A DNA stretch of 64,000 nt from Afifellaceae bacterium. Lineage in GTDB: Bacteria; Pseudomonadota; Alphaproteobacteria; Rhizobiales; Afifellaceae. The notes beneath the pieces were generated by a model. It had not been told where the DNA came from. It searched no databases and saw only the letters and a program-made list of their open reading frames with translations. The position numbers and the translations under genes are program-made. The stretch spans positions 2,547,588-2,611,587 of the forward strand of contig OZ244173.1 in assembly GCA_965216515.1 (NCBI GenBank), given 5' to 3'. Below are positions 39,040 to 49,059 of this stretch, in pieces. How positions within the stretch are numbered: position 1 is the first letter of the stretch; the number at the start of each line of letters is the position of its first letter.

Positions 39040-40568
39040 TTAGACGAGGCCGTTCAGATGATCGGCCAGCCGCAGCGTCAGCTGGGTCAGCGGCAGCGTC
39101 GGATTGACCTGCCCGTAGGTCGGGAAAATGCTGGATCCGGCTATATAAAGATTTGAAATACCATGCACTTTTGCGTTTCTGTCGACAACGCCCTGCTTGG
39201 CATCGTCGGCCATGCGGGTGGTTCCCATATGGTGGTTCCCGGCCACCTCATCCTCACCTGGACCCGGGAACGGGCGTTCGGATGAATAGACCCAGCGGGC
39301 GATCTTCATGCGCCCCAGATCCTGGCGGGCGAAGCGCGCCGCGATATGCGTCGCCGCCGCCGCGATCGTCCGCCGGTCAAGCGCTGACATCCGCCAGTCG
39401 AGTGCAATCCGCTGCCAGCCGAAAATGTCGGTTTGATCGGTGAGCCGGACCCGGCTGTCCGGGTTGGGTGCCTGGTCCGTTGTGACGTGAAGATGACCTT
39501 CGGCGCAGTAGGGATATTGCCGAAACCGAACCAGATCGATGCCCTTGCTCAGCCAGTCGGGGCTGCAAACGGCCTGCCGCAACCGGCCCGAAAAATCACG
39601 CGCCGCCGGCTTGATGTCCGGCAGGACACGCAATCCGAAATTCAGGACTTTGTGTTCCTCGACAAAATTCTCGCGCGCCCCGTAAAACAGATAATAATGC
39701 GGTTTCTCCGTCATTTCCTTGTAGGACAGCGCCTGTGTGATCCGGTCCCGGATCTTGTCCTCAAACACAATCTGACCGACAAAATGATGGGGATGTTCGG
39801 CGAAAAACCGGCCGACAAGGTCGTTTTGATTGCCGATACCCGCCGCCATCTGCGAATTGCAATTCAACAATATCCGCGGATTCTCCAGCCCGCCGGCTGC
39901 CAGAACAATGCGATCCGCCTGGAATTCCCGCCGTTCACCCGCAAAGCCGCGCACGACCAGCGTCCGCACGGCGTTGCGATCGTCGTCAAGCCGCAAGTCC
40001 GTCAAATTGGCATTCGTCAGGCAGGTGATGTTTCCGCGCGCGCAATCGCATCATGATATTTCTCCCCCAGCCGCGTCGGCTGGCTCCACAAAAACCGGTG
40101 CGGCTTCAGGCCAGCAGGCGAGACCAGCGCATCATCGAAGTCGCTCCGGTAGGGCGCTTCGATCCGCGCCTCCAGGTCGATATCGAGTATCTCCGCGGCA
40201 CGTTCCAGATAGGCGGACAGATCGCTGTGGCCGATCGGCCAGCCGCTAAACGGCACATGATCCCGTTTGACGAAATCCATCGGTTCAAGCGCCTGGCACC
40301 AGCCGGACCAGACGTTGGACGTTCCGCCAAAGAACCGCATCCGGCATTCGTCGAGCGGGAAATAGGCCCGCCCGGTGATCTCGCCGGAATACAGATCCTG
40401 CGATTCACCGGTGAAGTCGGTGTCGCCACCCTCCAGAAGCAGGACCTGCACGGTCCTGGATAGCGCCAGCGCCAGGGTGATTCCGGCAATCCCGGCGCCG
40501 ACGATGGCAACGTCGAATGTCCGGCCATCAAAGGCGCCGGTCTCCAGATCATGGAGATTGGCCAGCAT
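39040..40568 (-). pseudogene. GMC-family FAD-dependent oxidoreductase (choline dehydrogenase-like), split by a frameshift near 40020-40050
   Basis: The N-terminal fragment 40017..40568 (FDVAIVGAGIAGITLALA, FAD-binding) stops at ...ETSPA*. The C-terminal fragment 39040..40005 begins only with a TTG. Its frame read upstream gives ...GNITCLTNANLTDLRL, the expected GMC continuation (NLTVLT-like motif). It ends with HHMGTTRM...NLYIAGSSIFPT (GMC C-terminal motif). Confidence 0.6.
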
Positions 40569-40830
40569 GCGCTCAGACCCGGTCGGTGGGCTTCAGGAAC
40601 CAACCGTCCCGGTAGACGATGTCGCCCTCGGTCCGGTCCCCGCCGTGGCGTCGATGCCCCGCGCGGCGATCGCGGTCGCCGAAAACGCCGGCAAGGGCAC
40701 AAAATATGGCCGCAAATGAATATCCGGCAAAGATCCGTCTGCTTATCATGATCAGCCGCCCGAACTGCGGAATTTCCGTCCGCAATTCAATAGAGGGGCG
40801 GGGTAAATCGACTGTAAAGAACCCCGCGGC

Positions 40831-41463
40831 CTAGTCGCTGCCGAATGCCGACACCCGCCGGAGCGTCAGATTGATGCGGCCGGCTGTTCCCAACAGGGTC
40901 GATGTGCCCGGATAAATCCGGTCGATCCCGTGAAAGGCCAGTCGCGATCGGCCGCCCATCACCACGACATCCCCGGACGACAGCCGGAACGACCGGGTCG
41001 GACCCTTGCGTGTCGACCCGCCAATTCGGAAGCGGGCCTGATCGCCGAGCGAAACCGAAACGATCGGCGCCTCAAACGTTTCTTCGTCGCGATCCTGGTG
41101 CAGCCCCATTTTCGCCTCCGGGCCATACCAATTGACAAGACTGACTTCCGGTTCCACGGGACAGCGCGACACATCGGCCCAAAGCGAAAGCAGCATTGGT
41201 GGAATCGCCGGCCAGGCACGGCCCGTTTCCGGGTGCACGGGCTGGTAGCGGTAGCCGGCCCGGTCGGACACCCAGCCAAGTGTGCCGCAATTGGTCATGC
41301 GGACGGAAAACGGACGGCCGGTTCCGGGCATTGTCGGCCGATAAAACGGGGCCTTGCAACCGACCGATCGAATATCCGCAATCAGCCGTTCTTGTGCGGC
41401 GGGACCGAAATATCCCGCCAGAACCCGAAGTCCTTCAGACACAGGCACTCCATTTCGACCCAT
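40831..41463 (-). CDS. alkB: Alpha-ketoglutarate-dependent dioxygenase AlkB (DNA/RNA alkylation repair)
   Basis: 210 aa (...RMTNCGTLGWVSDRAGYRY..., NWYGPEAKMGLHQDRDEETFEAPIVSVSLG). It is collinear with E. coli AlkB. Confidence 0.8.
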   Translation of the reverse strand: MGRNGVPVSEGLRVLAGYFGPAAQERLIADIRSVGCKAPFYRPTMPGTGRPFSVRMTNCGTLGWVSDRAGYRYQPVHPETGRAWPAIPPMLLSLWADVSRCPVEPEVSLVNWYGPEAKMGLHQDRDEETFEAPIVSVSLGDQARFRIGGSTRKGPTRSFRLSSGDVVVMGGRSRLAFHGIDRIYPGTSTLLGTAGRINLTLRRVSAFGSD

Positions 41464-41509
41464 TGCCCATTAGCCCAGCTTTAACGCTGTTGTGCCAAAG
41501 GATCGAGCC

Positions 41510-42814
41510 ATGGATACAGCGACAGAACCAGTTTCGGAGCCAACCGCGGCGGCCCCGGCCGGCAGTTCCAACGCCGGTCAGCCCGCCGCCCGGCCGGCGT
41601 GGCGCGACATCGGGCTGAAAGGCGCCGTCGCATCGGGCCTCATGCTGATCCTCTATCTCGCATTCGTCGACTGGCAATGGCCATTCCCCCGCGACACGAT
41701 CGGATATGTGCTGGGACGGGATTTTCTGAATTTCTGGACGATGGGCTGGGAAGCGTGGAGTGACGATCCGGGACGCTTCTACAGCATGGCCGACTATGTC
41801 GCCTTTCTCCACGGCATGTTGGGGAGCGATTATCCCTATCAGCAATGGTCCTATCCGCCATCGGTCATGCTGCCGGCGGCGGTATTCGGGCAATTGGCTT
41901 ATCTTCCGGCCTACCTCGTCTGGACGGCGCTTGGCATCGCGATATTCCTTTTCGCCGCCAAACACGGCAGCGGTTCGGCCTGGAAGACAGATCCGAAATC
42001 CGCTGCCCTTGTCCTGACCGTTGCCCCGGCTGCGCTCGTCTGTCTTGTGTCCGGCCAAAATTCGTTTTTCACCGCCGCCATATTCGTTGCAGCGTTTCGA
42101 TGGTGGGACAGGCGGCCCGTCCTCGCCGGTATTTTGATCGGGCTTCTCACGTTGAAGCCCCAGCTTGGCTTGCTTTTTCCGGTCCTCCTGCTGGTGTCTC
42201 GGCGGTGGACCGTGTTCGCTTCGGCGGCCATCACGGCGATCGTGGTCGCCGGCCTCACCGAATGGTTTTTCGGGCCGGGCATCTGGCTCCGTTATCTGAC
42301 AATCGGGGTCACGGCGCAGGAGGGCGTTCTCGACGACCCAAGCCCCATCATCATGGGGCTTATGCCGACGATATTCATGGACATCCGTCTGTTGGGTGGA
42401 TCCGCAAGCCTTGCCTACGTCGTCCAGATCGTTGCCGGTCTGGGCGCTGTGGCGGCGGTGGCGTGGGCGTACTGGCGGCCGCGCGATCCGGTATATTCCT
42501 ATGCATTGTTTCTCACCGCATCGCTCGTCGCCACGCCCTACCTGATGAGCTACGACATGGTGGTATTCGGCTGGGTGCTCCTCGTCGTCGCGGGATCGCG
42601 CGCTGTCTCCGGACGGGCGCGGATTGTGCTGACCGGCATGTATTGGCTGCCGCTGATCGCATTGCCGTTGGGTGTCTCGGGCATACCCGGCGCCGCGCTT
42701 GTGCCGCTGGCATTCGCCGCATATCTGCTGGCGAGCCTTCACGCGGAAGACAGAACCGAAAGCCGTGTCGGCAGATCCCTGCCATCCGGATCTTCGTCGC
42801 TCGCGGTGCGCTGA
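41510..42814 (+). CDS. DUF2029 / GT87-like polytopic membrane protein (putative glycosyltransferase)
   Basis: Start at ATG 41510 (MDTATEP...) after an AAGGA RBS. It has multiple TM helices and the LKPQLGLLFPVLLL motif typical of DUF2029. The 654-aa minus ORF 41435..43399 is an antisense artefact. Confidence 0.7.
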   Translation: MDTATEPVSEPTAAAPAGSSNAGQPAARPAWRDIGLKGAVASGLMLILYLAFVDWQWPFPRDTIGYVLGRDFLNFWTMGWEAWSDDPGRFYSMADYVAFLHGMLGSDYPYQQWSYPPSVMLPAAVFGQLAYLPAYLVWTALGIAIFLFAAKHGSGSAWKTDPKSAALVLTVAPAALVCLVSGQNSFFTAAIFVAAFRWWDRRPVLAGILIGLLTLKPQLGLLFPVLLLVSRRWTVFASAAITAIVVAGLTEWFFGPGIWLRYLTIGVTAQEGVLDDPSPIIMGLMPTIFMDIRLLGGSASLAYVVQIVAGLGAVAAVAWAYWRPRDPVYSYALFLTASLVATPYLMSYDMVVFGWVLLVVAGSRAVSGRARIVLTGMYWLPLIALPLGVSGIPGAALVPLAFAAYLLASLHAEDRTESRVGRSLPSGSSSLAVR

Positions 42815-42880
42815 CCCGGCGGCGATAATGACAGGCGGCTGGCGGCGGACACTTTTATTCGCCGTCATGTCAACACCGCG

Positions 42881-42909
42881 CTTGCGGCTATCCGCCGACC
42901 TTCTTATAT
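42881..42909 (+). promoter_or_regulatory. Putative sigma32 (RpoH) heat-shock promoter of dnaK: CTTG-N18-CTTATAT
   Basis: It matches the alpha-proteobacterial RpoH consensus CTTG-N17/18-CYTATNT. It lies about 140 bp upstream of the dnaK ATG. Confidence 0.45.
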
Positions 42910-43046
42910 GAGCGGCAACGTGTGCGTCGTCCGATGGACAGGCAGCACTTTTTGACGACCAGGGGCCGGATGGGGGCCGGGAAGGTCTTCCTTCCAGCGC
43001 AGAACGCCTGAGGGGTTCGGCCGGCCTGCCGGAAAAGGAGCAGACA

Positions 43047-44978
<1,932 letters not shown>

Positions 44979-44989
44979 CTATTTTAGGC

Positions 44990-45014
44990 GGCCGCCGGAT
45001 CAATCCCGGCGGCC
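44990..45014 (+). terminator. GC-rich stem-loop in the dnaK-dnaJ spacer (GGCCGCCGG-atcaatc-CCGGCGGCC), possible attenuator or partial terminator
   Basis: 9-bp perfect stem with a 7-nt loop. There is no U-tract, so it is not a canonical intrinsic terminator. Confidence 0.3.
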
Positions 45015-45048
45015 CTTCCCTTCCGTCGTCTGAATGAACAATCCGAAC

Positions 45049-46179
45049 ATGGCAAAGCGCGACTACTACGAGATTCTCGGGGTTCCGCGGAATGCCGACG
45101 AAAGAGCTCTCAAGAGCGCTTTTCGCAAGCTTGCCATGAGCCTTCATCCCGACCGCAATCCCGACGATCCCGACGCCGAACAGAAATTCAAGGAAGCCGG
45201 CGAGGCGTATGAGGTCCTGAAGGATCCGCAAAAACGTGCCGCCTACGACCGCTTCGGCCATCAGGCGTTCGATGGTGGCGGCTTTGGGGGCGGTAGCTCT
45301 GGAGGCTATTCCTCGTTCGCCGACATCTTTGACGATATCTTCGGTGAGTTCATGGGCGGCGGCCGCGGCGGCGGCACCCGGCGTGAGCGTGGCAGCGATC
45401 TTCGCTACAATCTTGAGATCACGCTTGAGGAGGCGTTTGCCGGCAAGAGCGTCGAGATCGAGGTGCCGACCAACATCGCCTGCGAGACCTGTTCCGGTTC
45501 CGGTGCAAAACCCGGATCCTCGCCGCAGGCATGCAGCACGTGCGGCGGCGCTGGCCGCGTGCGCGCCAGCCAGGGCGGTTTCTTTCATATCGAGCGCACC
45601 TGTCCGGCATGTCAGGGGCGGGGCGAAATGATCTCAGACCCATGCGACGATTGCGCCGGCGCCGGGCGGGTAAGCCGCACCCGGGCGCTGTCGGTCAACA
45701 TTCCCGCCGGGATCGAGGAAGGCACGCGCATCCGGCTCGCCGGGGAGGGAGAGTCCGGCCTTCGCGGTGGTCCGGCCGGCGACCTGTACATTTTTATCGC
45801 CATCAAGCCCCATGCGTTTTTTCAGCGCGACGGCGCCGACATTTTCTGCCGCGTTCCGATTGCCATGACGACGGCGACGCTGGGCGGCCAGTTTGAGGTG
45901 CCGACCGTCGACGGCGGGCGCACCCGGGTCAAGGTTCCCGAAGGCACGCAGACCGGCAAGCAGTTCCGGCTGCGCGACAAGGGAATGCCGGTGATGCGGT
46001 CGCGGGATCGCGGCGACATGTATGTTCAGATCGTCGTCGAAACACCGACCCGGCTGACCCGACGCCAGCGCGAGTTGCTGCGGGAGTTCGAGGAAAAGTC
46101 CTCGCTTGAGAACAGTCCCGAATCGAGCGGCTTTTTTTCCCGTGTCCGCGAGTTCCTCGACACGATTTCCGAACGCTGA
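45049..46179 (+). CDS. dnaJ: Molecular chaperone DnaJ
   Basis: Start at ATG 45049 ([13 protein letters not shown]-domain HPD), with a G/F region and four CxxCxG zinc-finger repeats. An alternative ATG lies at 45034. Confidence 0.9.
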   Translation: MAKRDYYEILGVPRNADERALKSAFRKLAMSLHPDRNPDDPDAEQKFKEAGEAYEVLKDPQKRAAYDRFGHQAFDGGGFGGGSSGGYSSFADIFDDIFGEFMGGGRGGGTRRERGSDLRYNLEITLEEAFAGKSVEIEVPTNIACETCSGSGAKPGSSPQACSTCGGAGRVRASQGGFFHIERTCPACQGRGEMISDPCDDCAGAGRVSRTRALSVNIPAGIEEGTRIRLAGEGESGLRGGPAGDLYIFIAIKPHAFFQRDGADIFCRVPIAMTTATLGGQFEVPTVDGGRTRVKVPEGTQTGKQFRLRDKGMPVMRSRDRGDMYVQIVVETPTRLTRRQRELLREFEEKSSLENSPESSGFFSRVREFLDTISER

Positions 46180-46321
46180 CAAACTGGCCAGCCGATTGGG
46201 GCACCGCGCCGGCCGCGTGGAATATCCGCCTGCCGCGAATTGCCGCCACTTGAAACCGGGTGCGGAAATCACCTTGCCGTGAAGATGACGACCGCCGCTT
46301 TCCATGGATCGGGAGACTATG

Positions 46322-46894
46322 ATGACGCCGAAAATCCTGCTCTTGCCCGGCTCGAACCGGTCCGGTTCGTACAATGGGAAACTGGCCACCGTCGCCGCCG
46401 GTTCTCCGGCACTCGCCGACACCGAGGTGACGAAGATTTCCCTCGCCGACTATGAAATGCCGTTGTTCGATGCGGATCTCGAAAGGGCAAATGGCCAGCC
46501 GGATGCGGCCTGGGCGCTCGCCCGGAAGTTTTCGCAAAGCCACGGCATCCTCATCGTATCGCCGGAATACAATGCCGGCGTTTCGCCCTTGCTGAAGAAC
46601 ACGCTCGACTGGATGAGCCGCGTGCGCGATCCGGATTTGGCGCCGTTCAGAAACCCGGTCTTCGCCCTCGCCGCCGCCGCACCCGGAAACTTTGGTGGCA
46701 TGAGGAACCTGATGATGTTGCGCCAGATCCTGCAACTGGGGTTGGGTGCGCTGGTTATCCCCGAGCAATTGGTTTTGCCCCGCGCCGGCGACGCGTTCAC
46801 CGACGACGGCGCCCTTGCCGATCCCGACACCCGGGCACGGCTCGACGCGGTGTTGGCCGCCTTGCGCGCGCGCATTGCGCCGGATGCGTCCTGA
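46322..46894 (+). CDS. NAD(P)H-dependent FMN reductase family oxidoreductase
   Basis: MTPKILLLPGSNRSGSYNGKLA (flavodoxin-like fold). The start is uncertain among ATG 46304, 46319 and 46322. Confidence 0.7.
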   Translation: MTPKILLLPGSNRSGSYNGKLATVAAGSPALADTEVTKISLADYEMPLFDADLERANGQPDAAWALARKFSQSHGILIVSPEYNAGVSPLLKNTLDWMSRVRDPDLAPFRNPVFALAAAAPGNFGGMRNLMMLRQILQLGLGALVIPEQLVLPRAGDAFTDDGALADPDTRARLDAVLAALRARIAPDAS

Positions 46895-47127
46895 TGACCC
46901 GGCGGCCGGCCGGATACGATCGACACCGCGCGCCGGCCGGCGCGAAGCCGGATTTCGATGCAACATATAAAGAATTCCTTATATCCCCTTGCGCATCGTC
47001 TGCGGCCGTGATAGGCGCGCTGGCGGATCCACAGCGAAACCGAAGACAGCGATACCGAAGACAGGGAAACTGAAACCTGACGATCGGCGAGAACCGGCAG
47101 TCCGGGCTTGGGAAATTGGAAAAACCG

Positions 47128-48528
47128 ATGACGAACGAACGGGACTTTGAAGTCAAGGACCTCATGCTGGCCGATTGGGGCCGCAAGGAAATCGTGATTG
47201 CCGAAACGGAAATGCCCGGCTTGATGGCATTGCGCGAGGAATATTCCGGCAGCAAGCCGTTGGCGGGCGCGCGGATTGCCGGATCGCTGCACATGACGAT
47301 CCAGACCGCCGTGCTGATCGAGACGCTGGTTGCGCTTGGCGCGGAAGTGCGATGGGCATCCTGCAACATCTTCTCGACACAGGATCATGCCGCCGCCGCG
47401 ATCGCTGCTGCCGGCATCCCGGTTTTCGCGCACAAAGGCGAGAGCCTCACCGAGTACTGGGATTTTGCCGACCGCATATTCGAATGGCCCGAAGGCGAGA
47501 CTGCCAATCTCATTTTGGATGACGGCGGCGATGCGACATTGCTGGTGTTGCTCGGCGCACAGGCGGAGGCCGATCCGTCGGTGCTCGACAATCCGGGCAA
47601 TGAGGAAGAGGAGGCCCTGTATGCGACAATTCGCGATCGGCTCGCCCGCAACCCCGGCTGGTACTCGAAAATCAGGTCGGCGCTGAAGGGCGTATCGGAG
47701 GAGACCACGACCGGTGTCATGCGCCTCTATGAACGCCACAGGGCCGGCGAATTGCCGTTCCCGGCATTCAACGTCAACGACTCCGTGACCAAATCGAAGT
47801 TCGACAACAAATATGGCTGTCGTGAAAGCCTGGTTGACGGAATCCGGCGAGCCACCGACGTGATGATGGCTGGCAAGGTGGCCGTTGTGTGCGGTTATGG
47901 CGATGTCGGAAAGGGCTCCGCCCAGTCCCTGCGCGGTGCCGGTGCCAGGGTGGTCGTGACCGAAATCGACCCGATCTGTGCGTTGCAGGCGTCCATGGAC
48001 GGTTTCCAGGTGCAGCGATTGGAAGATGTTGCGCCGACCGCGGATATTTTTGTCTCCGCGACAGGCAACAAAGACGTCATCACCATCGATCACATGCGGG
48101 CCATGAAGGATATGGCAATCGTCGGCAACATTGGCCATTTCGACAACGAAATTCAGGTCGCCGCCCTGTCCAACCTGAAATGGGACAACATCAAGCCCCA
48201 GGTCGACATGATCGAGTTCCCCGACGGCAAGCGAATGCTGCTTCTGTCGGAGGGCCGGTTGCTCAACCTTGGCAACGCGACCGGTCACCCGAGTTTCGTC
48301 ATGTCTGCCTCGTTCACAAATCAGGTGCTGGCGCAGATGGAGCTTTGGATCCGCGCCGACGAGTACGAGGTCGGCGTCCATGTTCTGCCCAAACACCTCG
48401 ACGAGAAGGTCGCCGCCCTGCATCTGGACAAGCTTGGGGCTCGCCTTACCGAGCTGACGGCCCAGCAGGCCGATTATATTGGTGTCGACAGGGCCGGACC
48501 GTACAAGCCGGACCACTACCGGTATTGA
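47128..48528 (+). CDS. ahcY: Adenosylhomocysteinase
   Basis: Start at ATG 47128 ([22 protein letters not shown]...), with the NAD-binding motif [15 protein letters not shown]. The 714-aa minus ORF 46450..48594 is an antisense artefact. Confidence 0.9.
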   Translation: MTNERDFEVKDLMLADWGRKEIVIAETEMPGLMALREEYSGSKPLAGARIAGSLHMTIQTAVLIETLVALGAEVRWASCNIFSTQDHAAAAIAAAGIPVFAHKGESLTEYWDFADRIFEWPEGETANLILDDGGDATLLVLLGAQAEADPSVLDNPGNEEEEALYATIRDRLARNPGWYSKIRSALKGVSEETTTGVMRLYERHRAGELPFPAFNVNDSVTKSKFDNKYGCRESLVDGIRRATDVMMAGKVAVVCGYGDVGKGSAQSLRGAGARVVVTEIDPICALQASMDGFQVQRLEDVAPTADIFVSATGNKDVITIDHMRAMKDMAIVGNIGHFDNEIQVAALSNLKWDNIKPQVDMIEFPDGKRMLLLSEGRLLNLGNATGHPSFVMSASFTNQVLAQMELWIRADEYEVGVHVLPKHLDEKVAALHLDKLGARLTELTAQQADYIGVDRAGPYKPDHYRY

Positions 48529-49059
48529 ATTCCGGCATACGGAATCATTCCCGGCGCTCCCGAGGAATCCGGCCGCCTGCGTCGCCGTTTCCACGTCCGC
48601 TCGCGCCTGCGACGATTGCGCGGGCGGCTTGCCGCTTTTCCCGATTCGGTGAAACCGGTATTGTCCAATTGATTCGGGCCGGCGGCGGTGAGGGCCGGTC
48701 AGGGCAGGGGCAATCGCAAGGACGCCATGGACGTCCCGCGGAGATTGCGATCGGTCGGCGCTGTATCGAAGATTCGGCGACAGCGACAGCCTGATCGCAG
48801 CGGATCGGGAATTGGCGAGGCGGTTTGGCTTTGGGATATCCGAACTGACCAGGCGGCGGAGACAGGATTGAAATTGGAGGCCGGCCGGAAACCGCGGAAT
48901 TTGCGTCGGCGGCTCACCGTCCGGACAGGGCGTTGCGGTGTCCGGGTTTTCCGGATTTTGGCAATTTCTGGACGGGTTGCCGTGCCGGTTGTTTGCGCGG
49001 CTCCGGCATTTGCCCTTGATCTGCCGCTACCCGATATCAATTCGCTGAAAGTGGGCGCC

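Noticed and set aside
40573-40785. 70-aa minus-strand ORF with a hydrophobic segment (IFAGYSFAAIFCALAGVFG) between the GMC oxidoreductase and alkB
   Set aside because: Codon usage is mixed, no RBS or homology was recognised, and it lies in a promoter-like spacer. It is retained only as a low-probability small membrane protein.
44987-45015. Hairpin after dnaK as an intrinsic terminator
   Set aside because: A strong GC stem is present but no downstream U-tract. It is kept only as a possible attenuator or processing structure, not a canonical terminator.
46895-47127. SAH riboswitch in the ahcY leader
   Set aside because: The 233-bp leader lacks the conserved GAGGAGCGCUGC and AACGGCGCUCAC elements. 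Only a short CGCTG/CAGCG hairpin and a CCGAAGACAG direct repeat are present. SAH riboswitches are uncommon in alpha-proteobacteria.
48688-49059. N-terminal 124 codons that the ORF track assigns to the kinase gene. Similar track extensions were seen for rho (5132), aroE (8264), dnaQ (9943), hemW (27625), rph (28689), hrcA (28496), the binding protein (38329) and folC (63012).
   Set aside because: The extensions have non-genomic codon usage (many A/T-ending codons) or R/P-rich low complexity. They lack homology to the family N-termini and in several cases would overlap neighbouring genes. Internal starts with RBS or family-consistent N-termini were chosen.
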